64,000 nucleotides of DNA from Amoebophrya sp. A120 (Eukaryota > Protista > Dinoflagellata): the NCBI GenBank assembly GCA_905178155.1, contig CAJINV010000001.1, positions 791,643 through 855,642 on the forward strand, read 5' to 3'. The notes under the pieces were generated by a model. It worked only from the letters and a program-made list of their open reading frames with translations. It did not search any database and was not told where the DNA came from. The first letter of the stretch is position 1; every line of letters begins with the position of its first letter. This document shows positions 38,039-50,212 of the stretch, piece by piece. The position numbers and the translations under genes were made by a program.

Positions 38039-39162
38039 GGTGGAATAATCTCCGAAAGACAATGCTTTTTTCAAAAATCGATCTTCACAGCAATGGAGCC
38101 CTGAGAGAAAAGAAACCTTGAGTACCTAGCCCTACGTTCTTACTTGAGCGCGCCAAAAACATAAAGTCGCAAAATCTTAAAAATAAAATAACGTTCGACA
38201 AACAGATTCCAACTGTAGAACGTAACTTTGGCGGAACCGTACTATGGTTCTAACAAGTGTCATTTTATCCTTTGCTAGTACATACGTGTTGTGATCTGCA
38301 CCGACCGGGCTCGTGCGTCACCTTCCCGATCTACTTTCTCTACTGATTTCGAGCACTTTATTTCTCCAGCCTAGACAACCTGAACTGCACACACGGATCT
38401 CGTTCGTGTCTAGTTCCATGCCGGCAGATTTCTGTTATTTACCGATTCATCATAAACTTGAAGCACAGCAGCTGCATCATGACAATTTAAAGGACGCAAG
38501 ACCAGAGCCAGACTGCACCATTGCAAAAGAATACCAAAGACAACACGCTTCAAACAAACACGGCACAGTTTTTGCTGAAAGATAAAAGCCTCCCCAGTGC
38601 GAAGAAGGATTGCGGGGACAAAGAACTGAAGTCCCCCGCCCCGCAATGCAACACATGTTGTTTTTACAGAGCTTCGTGAAATTGTGATAATTTTAATTCA
38701 TCTTTCTACACCAACTCCAGCGCTTTTTCCGAGCCACAGAAACAAATCTGTAGTGGAACAACCAGCTCGGATTCTGCAAAATTCCTTCCTTCCAAACACA
38801 TGTACAAGTTGCTATCTTATCTGGATGAAAAGTTCATCTCCTCCTGTTGTTGAATGCTAATTAAGTATGAAGATTTTCTATTAACGCTCAACGCGTCGAA
38901 GCCTTCAGCTTCACCGGTTTGTACTAAAGACGTAAAAAACTGGGGAAAAGAAAACGGATCTGCTCGTAATGAATGCCGTATCCTCGTCTCAACCGCCCCA
39001 CCGATTGCAATTTTTTGCGGCGGCAAAAAACTGCATGTGCAAAAATTAATTATGATTTCAAAAAAAATCTGAACGCGGCAAAACCAAAACCAGAAGCATT
39101 AGCCCCTAAAGTAAACTCTGGGCCACGCTTTTGGAATAAAACACGATCTGCCACGTGATTTC

Positions 39163-42100
39163 TCACCCCAGCGCTTTGTCAGTCGCCGTTTCGCGTAAGA
39201 CGAAGTTCAGGGCTTCCCGCCACGCCTCGCGTGCCAGGTCGTCCGCGAACAGGATGACCACGTTGGTTCCGCCGAGATTTAGGCGCAGCGTGCACTTTTC
39301 CTCGGCCGCAAATTCCACTTCCGCCAATCCTTTATCAAATGCAAAAATGTCTGAGTCTGGAAGAGTGTACACTTGTCATGCAGGTTTTCCATGCCCATGA
39401 GGTCTGGAATGCGGGACCTAGCATGGCAGACTTTGGGAGGTCTTTGACTTTGTCATTTCTATCCTGCATGAGAAACTCCCTCCCAACCTGGTTGATAGTG
39501 GACAGCTTTTGGTAATCAGAATCACGCAACACAAGTTTTTGCATGATCCAGACTCAGCATGACAAGTTCCAACCTTCCAGACCCAGACATATTTGCAGTT
39601 CATATCCTTCCAGCGGAAACGAGTCCACTTCCGCGAGCAGTATGGATGTGTCAGAGTTGAAATCGACAAAGCTGAAATAATTTGTCATGCTAAACCGACC
39701 GAAACCACTACACAACCTGTAAGGGCACCGAACCGCACGTGGTTCGGCCACCAGGTCATGCATAAAATGCAGCCCACAAAGTGCCTGTCTTGCTGAGTCG
39801 GCAAGTGAGGCAGATTGTAAGCCTGCTGAGGAGTAGAAACTGAGCCGCTAAAGTAGCATGCCGGAAGGCGTCTTCCTTACGCAAACAGCATGACAAACTG
39901 GATTTCGGTTCCACCCGAATTTGTCATGCACTGCTTCAAAATTGGGATTCCAACTGGCTTCCATTTTATGCATGACAAATTATTTGAACTTTGTCGATTT
40001 CAAACCTGACGCTTCCATAAGCAGTTCCGATGCCGTATTGCCGTCTTTGGGGGAAAGCCTATTTCGTCGCGGCGACTCCTCGTGGTCGTGCATGCGCGCG
40101 CGGTGCGACTTGATCTTGTGTGGGTACGTTCGTACCAGCCGCTCCCGCCGCTGTTTCACAAACTCGTCTTCGTCCTCGTCGTCCGACGTCTGCTGCAGCA
40201 TATGCATTGGAAAAGTATCCCACTCGTATGAATTGCATGACAAATTTTATTGTCAAGAAGAAAATTGGAATTTGTAATGCTGAGTCAGGTAGGAGACTAG
40301 AACTAGATTTGTCCTGCATAGCCGCCATTCGTACGAGCACGATACTTTCTTTGTGATGCATACAGCAGCGTCCTTTGCAAATTGCTGCTCAGCACGTCTT
40401 CCGGCTGCGCATCTTGCTCCTCCGCGGTTGGTACCTGGAACTTCTTCCAGTTGAAGCTGTACTCCTTCAGGACTGACTCCGTGAGGAGGAAAAATGACTG
40501 CCGGTACGTATGGGACTCTCAAACGGTACACTCGCAACTGTTTCCATGAATTTGTCATGCGAAGCTACCTTATGCCGCCAGAGGATCAAGCTACTCCGCA
40601 TGACAAGTCTCCGAAGTGCTAAACAGAGTCGAAATCTGTGCCAAATCTGTGATGCGAAAGCAGCAAGCTTGCCCCCTTGACTGTTGCTGTTTTGGCATTG
40701 CAAATTCTATTCCTGTAAACACTTGAGAATGTAACGTTTGAGAACGCCATAGTACGCCCCCGGCTTCACTTCTCGCTCCGCGAACGAGAAACACAGCACC
40801 GGTGCGCTCTCTTCGTCGAAAGATGAAGTTATCAAATGTAAAAGTGTCTGGGTCTGGAAACTTGTGATGCTGGGTGGCGTCTCATGATGAGGCTACAGAT
40901 GCTGGCTCAGCATGACAAGTTTCTGAGCTCCTAGGTGTTGCCTATTCTGCATGACAAACTGCGCTTCTGCATGACAGAAAAGTGCAGCTCTTGGGTAACG
41001 CGCATGACAGACTTCGGGGTCATGCTGGCAGAGCATGACAGACCTTCCATTCTTCCAGACCCAGACATTTTTACATTTCATAGAAGTGCCGGAGTTACTA
41101 CTAGAAGCTGCTGCACCACCGTTATTTGCCGCCAGCGCCTTGGCGTGTACCTCCGCCATGAGCTGCGGGTGCTTCAACACCAGAGCCTGCCTTCGCGCCT
41201 CGGGGCCACTGAGCTGCTGGATTGCGTTCACGAACTCGGAGCGGTCGCCGGCGTTTTTGCAGATGCAGACCGTGCCGCTCCCCGGCTGCGTACGGGGCGC
41301 GGGCGTACTCGTTTTGTGCACTTCCTGCGACTTCACGACGGTGAAGGGGCGGTCGGCGAGCCGGGGCGCGAGGTCCCCCCGCCACCCGATCCCGAAGTAC
41401 TGCTCCCCCGGCCCGGTCCAGATGCGCACCACGCTGTAGTAGGGCTTCTGCCAGATCACCGTCGTCACCCGCGGGGCCCGCAGCTCCCACGCGGGCGTCC
41501 ACTCGGTGCCGAGGTTGGCCGTGTGGTAGGCGGGCAGACCTTCCGCGATGCGCAGGGCGTAAATCGCCACGTTGGTCAAGCACAGCAGCCCGACGGACGT
41601 CCCCGTTTCTTCGAAGTACACCGGACACAGTGCGTAGATTCGCTCCTGCGGAAACATGTTGCGCTCCAGGAAGAGCCGGTAGACCCCCATGTTGACCGAC
41701 GTGAGGAGGTCCTTCAGGTACGTCGCCCGCACAGACTGGTTCGCAAACACCTCGGCGGAGACAAACGCCTCCAGAATGCTGTATTTCGCGTTCGGCGTGC
41801 GCGCAATGTGCTCCGACAAGACGCGGGTCGCCATGCGCCGGAGCAGGTTGTAGTCCTCGTGGTGGAGCACCCGGTGCAGTAAAACTTCGTGGTTGTGCTT
41901 CTTCTTCCCGTTCAGCAGCGACGCGAACACCGCGTGCACGGTGGACTGCAGGTCGTACAGCACCATGGACACCGCAACGCGGATCATCACGGGGGGCAGC
42001 ACCCGCTCAATGCACTTTTCGATGAAGTTGTTCTGCACCATGGGGATCGTGGAGAACTTGATGTAGGGCACGTTCGTGGTGATTACCGCGACGGCGGAGG

Positions 42101-45100
42101 CTAACTCCGAGCACAGCGCCTGCTCGTTCTCAGACAGGAACTTGCTGCGGGTGGACCTTAGCAGGTGCAGCATATTCCCTCCGAGCCGCTTCAGGAAGTG
42201 GCACACCAGATCGAACAGGATCAGCTGGTCGTCCTCTTTGCTGTTTTCTCCCGGCAGCGCGACGGCCTTGAAGTTTTCGGTCTTCGCCTCGTTTACCGCG
42301 GTCAAGACCCGAGCGATGATGCGAAGCAGCTTGGCACAGCAGTTGCAGGGAAGCACTGGGACAGAATCGAGAATCGCGAGCAGGCGTCGCATGGTGTCGA
42401 GGCTGCGAAGCTGCGCATACACGTTGAACCTGTGAGTGTTTTTGACAAACAATTTTTATCCGCTTCGGTCATATGTATCCGACTGTGGTCCTTCATCTGT
42501 TGTCGTGCATGATCATCAATCAATTTGATTCATATTGAAACGTTGTTACCAGGCGATGGCGAGCTCATGTGAAAAACTTTTTCTCTTATCATGCCAGCAC
42601 CCTGTTAAGTACCTGAGCTTGTCTGTAACAGGCACGACCGCCAACATGTAGAGACAGCGCAAAACCGCGGCGACGAGGTAGCTGCGGTTTACTTTCCACG
42701 TGTCGTCCTGGAAGAAATGCTCGTTGCAAACAAACTCCTCAGGGTGGAATACGAACATCGCACTGGCGTCTTCAATATGCAATGCAAACATGTACGTCTA
42801 GGTCTGGCGAACAAATGCACGGTAGTTGTGATGCTGATTCTGGATACTATGGGAGAATAGACTCTGTCTTGCAAAACACTCTGTCTTGCATAGTCAACAA
42901 ACTCGTCCGGCACACTACAACTAGGCATCCTGAAGAAGTTACAACGATAGAGCTTGTTCATGCTCTGTGTCGCGCAGATTACCAGACCATCTCGCAGATT
43001 CACGACACACTGCATGGCAAACCTCTGCTGCATTCATCCAGACCCAGCCATGCCATTGAATTCGATACTCGTCCGCCAAATGGTGGTCTTCAATCGCCAT
43101 CAACGCCGTCATGAGGCTTTTCCGCCCGGCGGACGCGGTCGCGCCCTCCTCTAAATTCTGTCCCAAATCGTCCGGGGTGTAGTACAGCTGCGTCGGTTCC
43201 TCGTTGGCGGACCGTAGTGCGTATCAAATACAAAAATGTCTGGGTCTGGAAGGATGCAAGGTTTGTCATGCACATTTTGCAATAGACAATAGACACCCAT
43301 AATAGCTCTAAGAACCCTGTCATCTTCCACCAAGTGAAACATCAATGGTGAGGTGAACCCAGGGCCCCTGGAGGTGAGAAACGAGGGTGGCACCTATAGT
43401 CGACCATACCAACTGGTCAACCAGGAAATGAGGAAGTGGGTAAGGAACACAAATGTCCCGGGATAACAAAACTGAATATCCCGCACAACCTCTGCCAACC
43501 ACTGCCCTCGAATTCACAAATGAAAAGGCAAAAAGCCAATCCAACTCCGGCTACTCTTCTCATGCACATTTTGCACGACTCCTGATGTCTGCGATGCATG
43601 CCCTAGTATCACAGATCTTGTGAGGGCTTTCTGATGCCTACACTGCATGGGAAATGCCCTCTCGCCGTGACCCAAACCAGACCTCTTTTGCTGTTCATGC
43701 AATACAGATTTTTGGATAATGCAGACGCAACATCACAAGTTGCATTCTTCCAGACCCAGACCTTTTTGCATTTGATAATGCGATCGCCCGCGCGAGCTCC
43801 TCCTCCTGCGTTTTGCTGTAGGCGTAGACTTCCTGCTTGAACGTGCTCGCCTCGGACTCCAGCTGTCGGTAGTACTTCTCCCGCTCTGTCACGCCGGGGT
43901 CGGACAGGAGCTGCAACAACACGTCAATCCCCCCGGCGTCCACGAAGGCCTCCGCGGAAGCGGCGCGGTCGATCCACTCGTCGGCGTCCAGAAAGGGGAG
44001 ATGCTGTCCCTCCTCCATCCCCCACATGCGCGCTTCCCTTCTCGCCAAGGTCACGTACGAGATGCCCGGCGTCTCGGGGTCGCTGATCGTGCGTAGCGCG
44101 TCGGACCGGCCCTCTAACACGTCCGCGATTCGCGCGACCACGCGGAAGCACTGCTTTTTTTGCGTATCGAGCTGGATGCCCTTCTGCCCGGATACCGCGT
44201 TCAGGAGGAACTCCAAGCTGCGCCCGCACCACGTCTGCTCCAGACACACGTCTTGGCGCGGGCCTGCGTGGAAGGCCTCCTCGTTCTTCAGCACGTGCAG
44301 GAACAGCGACTCCGCCTCCTTCGTGCGGAAGAACTTCCGCATCGAGGAAAATTGCGACGCCTCGACGAGAAAAGACAAGCAGTGGGAGGAGAGTTGCAAC
44401 TTCTCGTCTTCTTCGTCTTCCGACCCAAAGGTATCCCGGACCGAGTTCCGGTAAAGGGTGTCAAACACTTCCGCCACGGCCAGCTCGGCCTGGTGGTCCC
44501 GAAACGCCTCGCCCACCACCGCATCGTCGGGCTCGCTGTTCTCGGGCGTGGCGCAGGTGATGATCCGCAGCATGGAAATCACCATGGAGAGCACGTACTC
44601 CGTGCGCCCCACCCCGACCACCCGCGTGTCGCTCATCACCTTGATCAGTTTCCCAGTTTCGTCCAGATCCAGCTGGGAGAGCGGGACTTTGGAGATGCAC
44701 TTCATCACCGAGATGCGCAGCTCGTCACTAGGGACCTCGAGCAGGGACATCAATACTGTCTCGCGCTGCGCGCGATCGAAGCACTGCGCAATCATCTCCG
44801 AGGTGCTATCCAAGTTCCCGTAGTCGTCCCGCGGCGAGGTGCAGAAAAACTCGACCAGTTGCACAATGGCGATGAACACCGAGTGCATCAGCTCACTGGT
44901 GAGCGAGGCCATCACCGGGCCCTTGGTCAGCTTGCCGCCGTACGGGTCGGCGGAAGAGTCGCCGCCGGAACCGGAGGACGCTGTTGATGTCGGTTGTTTT
45001 TCAGCGAAGCTTTTTTTGTTTGGCTCAACAAGCATCAAGAAGAAGAACGCTGCTATTGTGCGGGCGGAACAAAAATTGACATGATATACATAGTACCTGA

Positions 45101-47813
45101 AACCGAATAAGGTCAAAATCATCATCAGGAGCTGGCACCAGCAACCCATTATACCCATCGCTTCCAGCCGGTATTTTTCGATTCGCGCGTACATTTGGTT
45201 GTACTTTTTTCCGCCGAGATACTGCAGCAAGGGCGTCACGTTCGACAGACTCTCCGCGACGTACCGAATGTAGTCCATGCGGACGGCGTTGTGGTACAGG
45301 ATCAGTGTGAGCATGTTGCAGGCTTCCGTCAGCATGTAGGGATCCGCGATCTGGATGCGGATGATCTCGCACAACTCCTTCACCACGTGGTAACTCGTGG
45401 CGCAGTCGATCAAAATCTTCACGTCTTTCCGCATCACGGTGGTCAAAAATTTCAAAATTTCCGCCGCCGTTTTGCAGTCCACCCCGGGCATGGTCGCAAT
45501 GTCGCCGTCCGCGCCCTTGGAGTCCCGGTACCGGGCGATGAGCTTCACATGCAACGAAACGGACTTGAAGTACTGCAACGTTTCCCCGAGGCCGCGCGCC
45601 TTCTGCCCGCTGCCACCGCCGCCTGCGCCGCCCCCGTCATCGTGTAGTTCTTCGGCTTCCTCCAAGAGTTTTTTTCTCTCCTCCACGGTGAGGGGTATCC
45701 TGCCCCGCGTGCTGCGGAAAACCTTCACGAAATAGATATCATCGTCGGCCTCGTTGTCGATGCAGTTTCGCGCAAACCGCACCGTTCCCATCCACATGCG
45801 GCGCTTGGTGAGGTCACCGAACAGGGATTTGTTGTCCAGAGCGGTCACCATTTGCTTGTGGAGGGCTTTGCCTGGGATAGTTGTAAGTGCTTGGTACGTA
45901 GTAATTGGTTTGTCAATCATGTATGCCCGGTTGAGAGGTAAAAAAATTGATCATAGATACATCCACCTTTCCCCGGCGCGGAACCGAAGGGCGAATGAGC
46001 GTCAATTACTAGCGCGATAGAAATTGAAATTGTGCTAATCGCTACTTATTACTCTTTGTCATATCGATCATGTACTTAGAACAAAATCCAAAACAGCAAA
46101 CCGTGGGCCCGCAGGACGGTCTGTGCGTTCTCCCGGTACCGCGTGCAGGCGTCGAGCATTTCGATAATCGGCTCGTTCCCGGGGTCCTCGATAAACCAGG
46201 CGCCGAGGTCGGTGACGAGCGGTGACAGTGATTTTTCCGCGACGATTGGAATGTCGTACGCAAGTTTGGCGATGGCCTCGTGAAGCATCGTCGATTCCAC
46301 GGTGATGTTCGGGATAATGATGTTCTCGATCGCCGCCGCGCAGTCGTCGTGCATCGTGCTATCAGACTTCATGCAGTTTGCCAGCGCCTCCACGCACTTC
46401 TTCCCAAATCTCCTGGTCGTCACCAGACTACAGCGGGCGAGTATCTGGATCACGTGAGACCGGATCGTGTCGTGCCTTTCTAGCAAGAGGTTTGCGAGCT
46501 GGAGAAACGTTTCAATAGACTCCGGCACTTGCGCGATTTCGCTGAAAAACGACTTCCCGCCGTACGCTTCCAAGTCGTCTGTCAGTGCGACGCACTGCAG
46601 CAACGCCTGGTCCGCGCACCGCTGCGCCTTGTCGGCGTGCTGGACGATTTCCCGGAACAAATTGATCAAAGACATCAAGCAGGGGAACTCGAGCAGTAAG
46701 GAGTCGCCCTTCTTCGCTGCCTCCTCCTGGCGCTGCTTCTTTACGCGGTCGTCGTAAATTTCGTCGAACCGGTCCATCGAGAGCAAAGGCGTGCTGTTAA
46801 TCTCCTGCCTCGTTTCCGGGGAGATTTTGACATCATCCAACGCGGCGAGTTGGCCTATGGCGTTCTCAACCGTTGCATTCTCAACTGTTACATGGATTTG
46901 TCATGCATACCCGACTGCACCACATCAAAAACCTTTGCACCGTCGCCGCAAGCAGAACATGGATTTGTCATGCAAGAATAGCACGGGTGCGACGGAGAAC
47001 AGAACCTTGTTGCGCGTCTTGCATTACAGATTCGGCGCGAGTTCTACTAGTGCTATTTAGCGCGTCGAGAATTTGTCATGCGAAGTAGCTTGATCGTGGC
47101 GATGTTGAAAGTGGTTTTGCATGACAAATCGTGTAGCAGTATGAGAATGTAACGCTTGAGAACCCCATATGGCCGAGGGCTTTGAGCATGTACACCTGGT
47201 ACTCGGGGAACACGGTGCAGAAGGGGTTCTCCTTGATTTTCAGCGTCACCAGGTTCGGCAGGCGACGGAGGGACAGGATTCCCGCTTGCAACAGGGTGGG
47301 GTTCAGCTGGATCTGGTTGGACGACAAGTCCAATCTTTTCAGCCTTTTACACTGCGCCGAGATCGTGTCGAACTTGCCGTCAATGCGGTTGTGCGCCAGA
47401 ATCAGCACCTCCAGGTTCGGCACCCCCATCAGGCTCGGGAGGGAGACCAACTCGTTGTACGCCAGGTTGAGCTCTTTCAGCGTGGACAGCTGCAGATTGA
47501 CCTGGATCAGGCAGTTGTGGCGGGCCTTGAGGATCAGCAGGTTCTGGAAGCCGTTCTGCTCGCTGACGCAGTCGATCTCCGAGAGATTGTTGTAACTAAA
47601 GTCCGCGAGCACGAAGGCGAACTTTTTCAAGTCCTTGTTCAGCAGTCCCCCGCCGTGCCCCGCACGCAGCGACTCCAGGTTGTATTTCTTGGAGGAAAAA
47701 TCGATGTTGCGGGCCCGTCCGCTCCGCCAGTCCATCCCAAACTCCTCTTCGAAAACAAGCTCATCGAGCACCGTGATCGCCTCCCCGCGGGCGCGTTTCG
47801 TTTGCCCCACCAT
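39163..47813 (-). CDS. Large protein with N-terminal leucine-rich repeats, helical repeat-like middle and possible PH-like C-terminal region
   Basis: LxxLxLxxN repeats (LKELNLAYNEL, LEVLILAHNRI, LKRLDLSSNQI) and LRRcap-like NPFC. Exons join in frame across eight TIR elements. Some ordinary introns are unresolved. Confidence 0.8.
39333..39604. mobile_element. TIR intron-like element, family A, TSD TCCTT
   Basis: Family A TIRs. Removal gives FPLEG|LAEVEF. Confidence 0.95.
39641..40019. mobile_element. TIR intron-like element, family C, TSD AGCAG
   Basis: TATGGATGTGTCAGAGTTGAAATCGACAAAG...CTTTGTCGATTTCAAACCTGACGCTTCCATA. Removal gives ASELL|AEVDSF. Confidence 0.95.
40201..40362. mobile_element. 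TIR intron-like element, family F, TSD CAGCA
   Basis: TATGCATTGGAAAAGTATC...GATACTTTCTTTGTGATGCATA. Removal gives QRTLL|QQTSDD. Confidence 0.92.
40509..40751. mobile_element. TIR intron-like element, family G, TSD GTACG
   Basis: TATGGGACTCTCAAACGGTACA...TGTAACGTTTGAGAACGCCATA. Removal gives KPGAY|RQSFFLL. Confidence 0.93.
40830..41082. mobile_element. TIR intron-like element, family A, TSD GAAGT
   Basis: Family A TIRs. Interior is a close reverse complement of element 1277-1528. Removal gives NSGTS|SFDEES. Confidence 0.95.
42776..43067. mobile_element. Aged family A element, TSD degenerate (TTCAA/CTCGT)
   Basis: TATGCAATGCAAACATG..CTAGGTCTGG ... CCAGACCCAG..TTCGATA. Removing element+5 gives LADE|DASAMFVF in frame. 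Confidence 0.7.
43222..43777. mobile_element. Family A element (TSD GTGCG/ATGCG) carrying a nested insertion
   Basis: Family A TIRs; 556 bp vs the usual about 262 bp. Removal gives ARAIA|LRSANEE. Confidence 0.92.
43282..43559. mobile_element. 278-bp nested insertion with 16-bp TSD (possible truncated non-LTR retroelement/SINE)
   Basis: TCATGCACATTTTGCA at 43266-43281 and 43560-43575. The sibling element at 26047 has one copy and no insert. Confidence 0.75.
46856..47169. mobile_element. TIR intron-like element, family G, TSD TGGCC
   Basis: TATGGCGTTCTCAACCGTTGCATTCTCA...TGAGAATGTAACGCTTGAGAACCCCATA. Removal gives KALG|QLAALDD. Confidence 0.95.
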
Positions 47814-48113
47814 GGTGAGGGGTTTTTGGAGGTGCAGGAGTAGTTATTGGTCAGAAACTAGGAGGAGCAGAGCCCGACGTGCGGAGGTCCTTACTCCACC
47901 GGCGAGTGGTAACTAACACAGGGCACTCGCACTATCGTGAGCGGGACGCGGTTTTCGTGCGTGGTAGTAGCCGCCTTGGACCGCAGTCCGTCGTTCACGA
48001 CAAAGTCGCCCCGCCACACTGCGCGCGGACTGGGTTGAACTCCACCCGGTGCATGCGCAGGGTCCCGCGAAGCTCCGATGAAGCGCGGAACCGCAACATC
48101 TGAGCTTTCTCTG

Positions 48114-50024
48114 CTACGACCGCACGGGAACGGTCATGTTTCTGTGCCGCTGTTCGGAATGCGGTAGGTGCTCCTCGAAAAAATGAGAGAGAAAGGAACT
48201 TCTATCTAAGAGTACTTCAAAACAACCGGCACTCACGGTCACGGCATCACTTGCGCTCATGAATTCACTGTGAAGAAGTGCGCTCAAAAGTCTGCTTCTC
48301 TCCTCACTATCCGCGCGCATCCTCTGACGGACAGCCACGAAACCAAACATGATCTCAGCAAAGACGTTGCGCATGGCAAGAAGCTGAGGCTGTGCTTTTG
48401 TTTCTGTCAGCGTGTGATGGTCTGCGGTAATGGAAGGGGCAAAGGTTATTTTCACAGAGAATGTCTGAGTCTGAGTCAGAGATAATGTTAATGAAACTGT
48501 GGGTGTGCCATCTGCTTTGATTGTCAGTTGTAGCTTGATTAATAAATTGCTTTGTCTCGCCATCTACTCGTTCTTCATGGCATTGCTGTATTGATTTCCG
48601 TGGCCTTAGTCAGACCCGCAGCCGGCGTCATAGTCGCCCTCCTCGTTGTAATCATCATAGTGACAGTTGTCGTCGTTCTCGTAGTCGCCCCACTGCTCGT
48701 CGTGGCAACCCCCATGTCCACCGTCTCCATGATCGCCACGCCCGCCCTCATGGTAGTAGTAGACCTCAGTTGTACCACAGTTGCTCCCGCCAATGCACCC
48801 TGCATCGGCATGGTAGCGGCCGTCGTTCGCGGCGCTTTCGTATTGCTCCACATACCCGCGCCCGCCTTCATCACTGTGCGAATCCTCCTCGATATTAAGT
48901 TGCTGGAGCAGCTCTACGAGCTGGTCATTATCAACTGCTCGGCCTTTTTCGTCCTTCTTCCAAAGGACCTTCCCCTTTCCGGTGTGCGCACGGGGATTAT
49001 TCAGAACTTCGAGAACCTGCACTTTCATGAATCGTACCAATCTCCATTGGGTCCTCTTTCATGTTCAATTGAATCTACAACTGCGGTTTCAAGAATAGCT
49101 ACGTCCTCGGAGCGAGCGCGCTCGACAATACAGTCACAACATTCACATTGGTTTTTGGCTCGTTTTATGTTTATCGCTCCAGAACAAGGTCATTGAAGCA
49201 GACAATCAAGACTCTACCTCATCATCTGTCAGCCCCTTTCGGATACAATCTTTATTGTGATGCGTGTCCTTGTGCCACCTCGGGTGATCCAGACTACTTT
49301 TGATGGTATTCGTTCCATCGCGGCATTCCCAATGCTCAACTTGCTCGCCATGTTCATTAGTCGCGACACTGTGAGCGCCACTCCCGTTGCCCTTTTTGGC
49401 AATCCATCCGCGACGAGACGCTTCTTCGCGAAACTTTTCACCGGTCATGCAATACGACATCTTCGTGACAGCGTTTCCTCTTTTTGGTTCTCAGTGTCAA
49501 GGCGAAGAAAATGGATGAGAAACAAAAGCAGAAAGGAAAAATCAGTCGACGTTGGGAGGATGACGAATACTGCAGAAACTAATGTTCTTGAAGCAAATAG
49601 CTTTAGATTGATTGAGAATCTGAATTAGGTGCCTTCTCAATTGATTTTAACTTTGCTTGTTCTTGGTCTTCCGTGTAGTAGTACTAGTAAGATGAAGGTC
49701 ACAACCGCAGTACTAGTGCAGGTTGACGGGTGCCTGCACGTGATCCAAGGATCTTCAAAAGGGACCACACAGGTCGATGGACCACTGTAAGAGCCAGAAC
49801 TACGAAGCAGGAGATTCTAGTATTTTTCATACTGTACATGAAACACACGCTGCGGATGTTGGGATGGAAACCATCTCCGAGAACGTGCCAATCTCTATGA
49901 GCCAGCACCTCCTTTTTTTTCTTTTGTCGCACTGCCTTGCATAGGCACCTGCGATCTTGCTTATTGAGCCGATCTGTAAACAAGTATTCCACTTCAGCGT
50001 TCGCGCTTTCACTTCCTCGCTCAT
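48114..50024 (-). pseudogene. Fragmented coding-like region, possibly a decayed retroelement ORF
   Basis: Several short protein-like minus-strand ORFs separated by stops or shifts, with no evident splice or TIR junctions. His/Cys cluster WHKDTHHNKDC. Confidence 0.3.
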
Positions 50025-50212
50025 CTTTGCGAGGTGAGCTGCTTTGTTCTCTGTATCAAGATAGATTCTTAGGTGTAAACAAGGTCCAGGTCTTAGATAA
50101 AAGTCTAGTACTTAGGGTTACTTAGGTTTAATTTCGCACGATGGTATTCTTCAACGCCATAGATATGCTAAGTAAGCCGGCTTTTCCCGCAAGAATCCAG
50201 CCTTAGCACCAG

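Noticed and set aside
33356-47843. Long plus-strand ORFs (e.g. 33356-34264, 40935-41882, 44160-44987, 47169-47843)
   Set aside because: Antisense shadows of GC3-rich minus-strand exons, with no recognisable domains.
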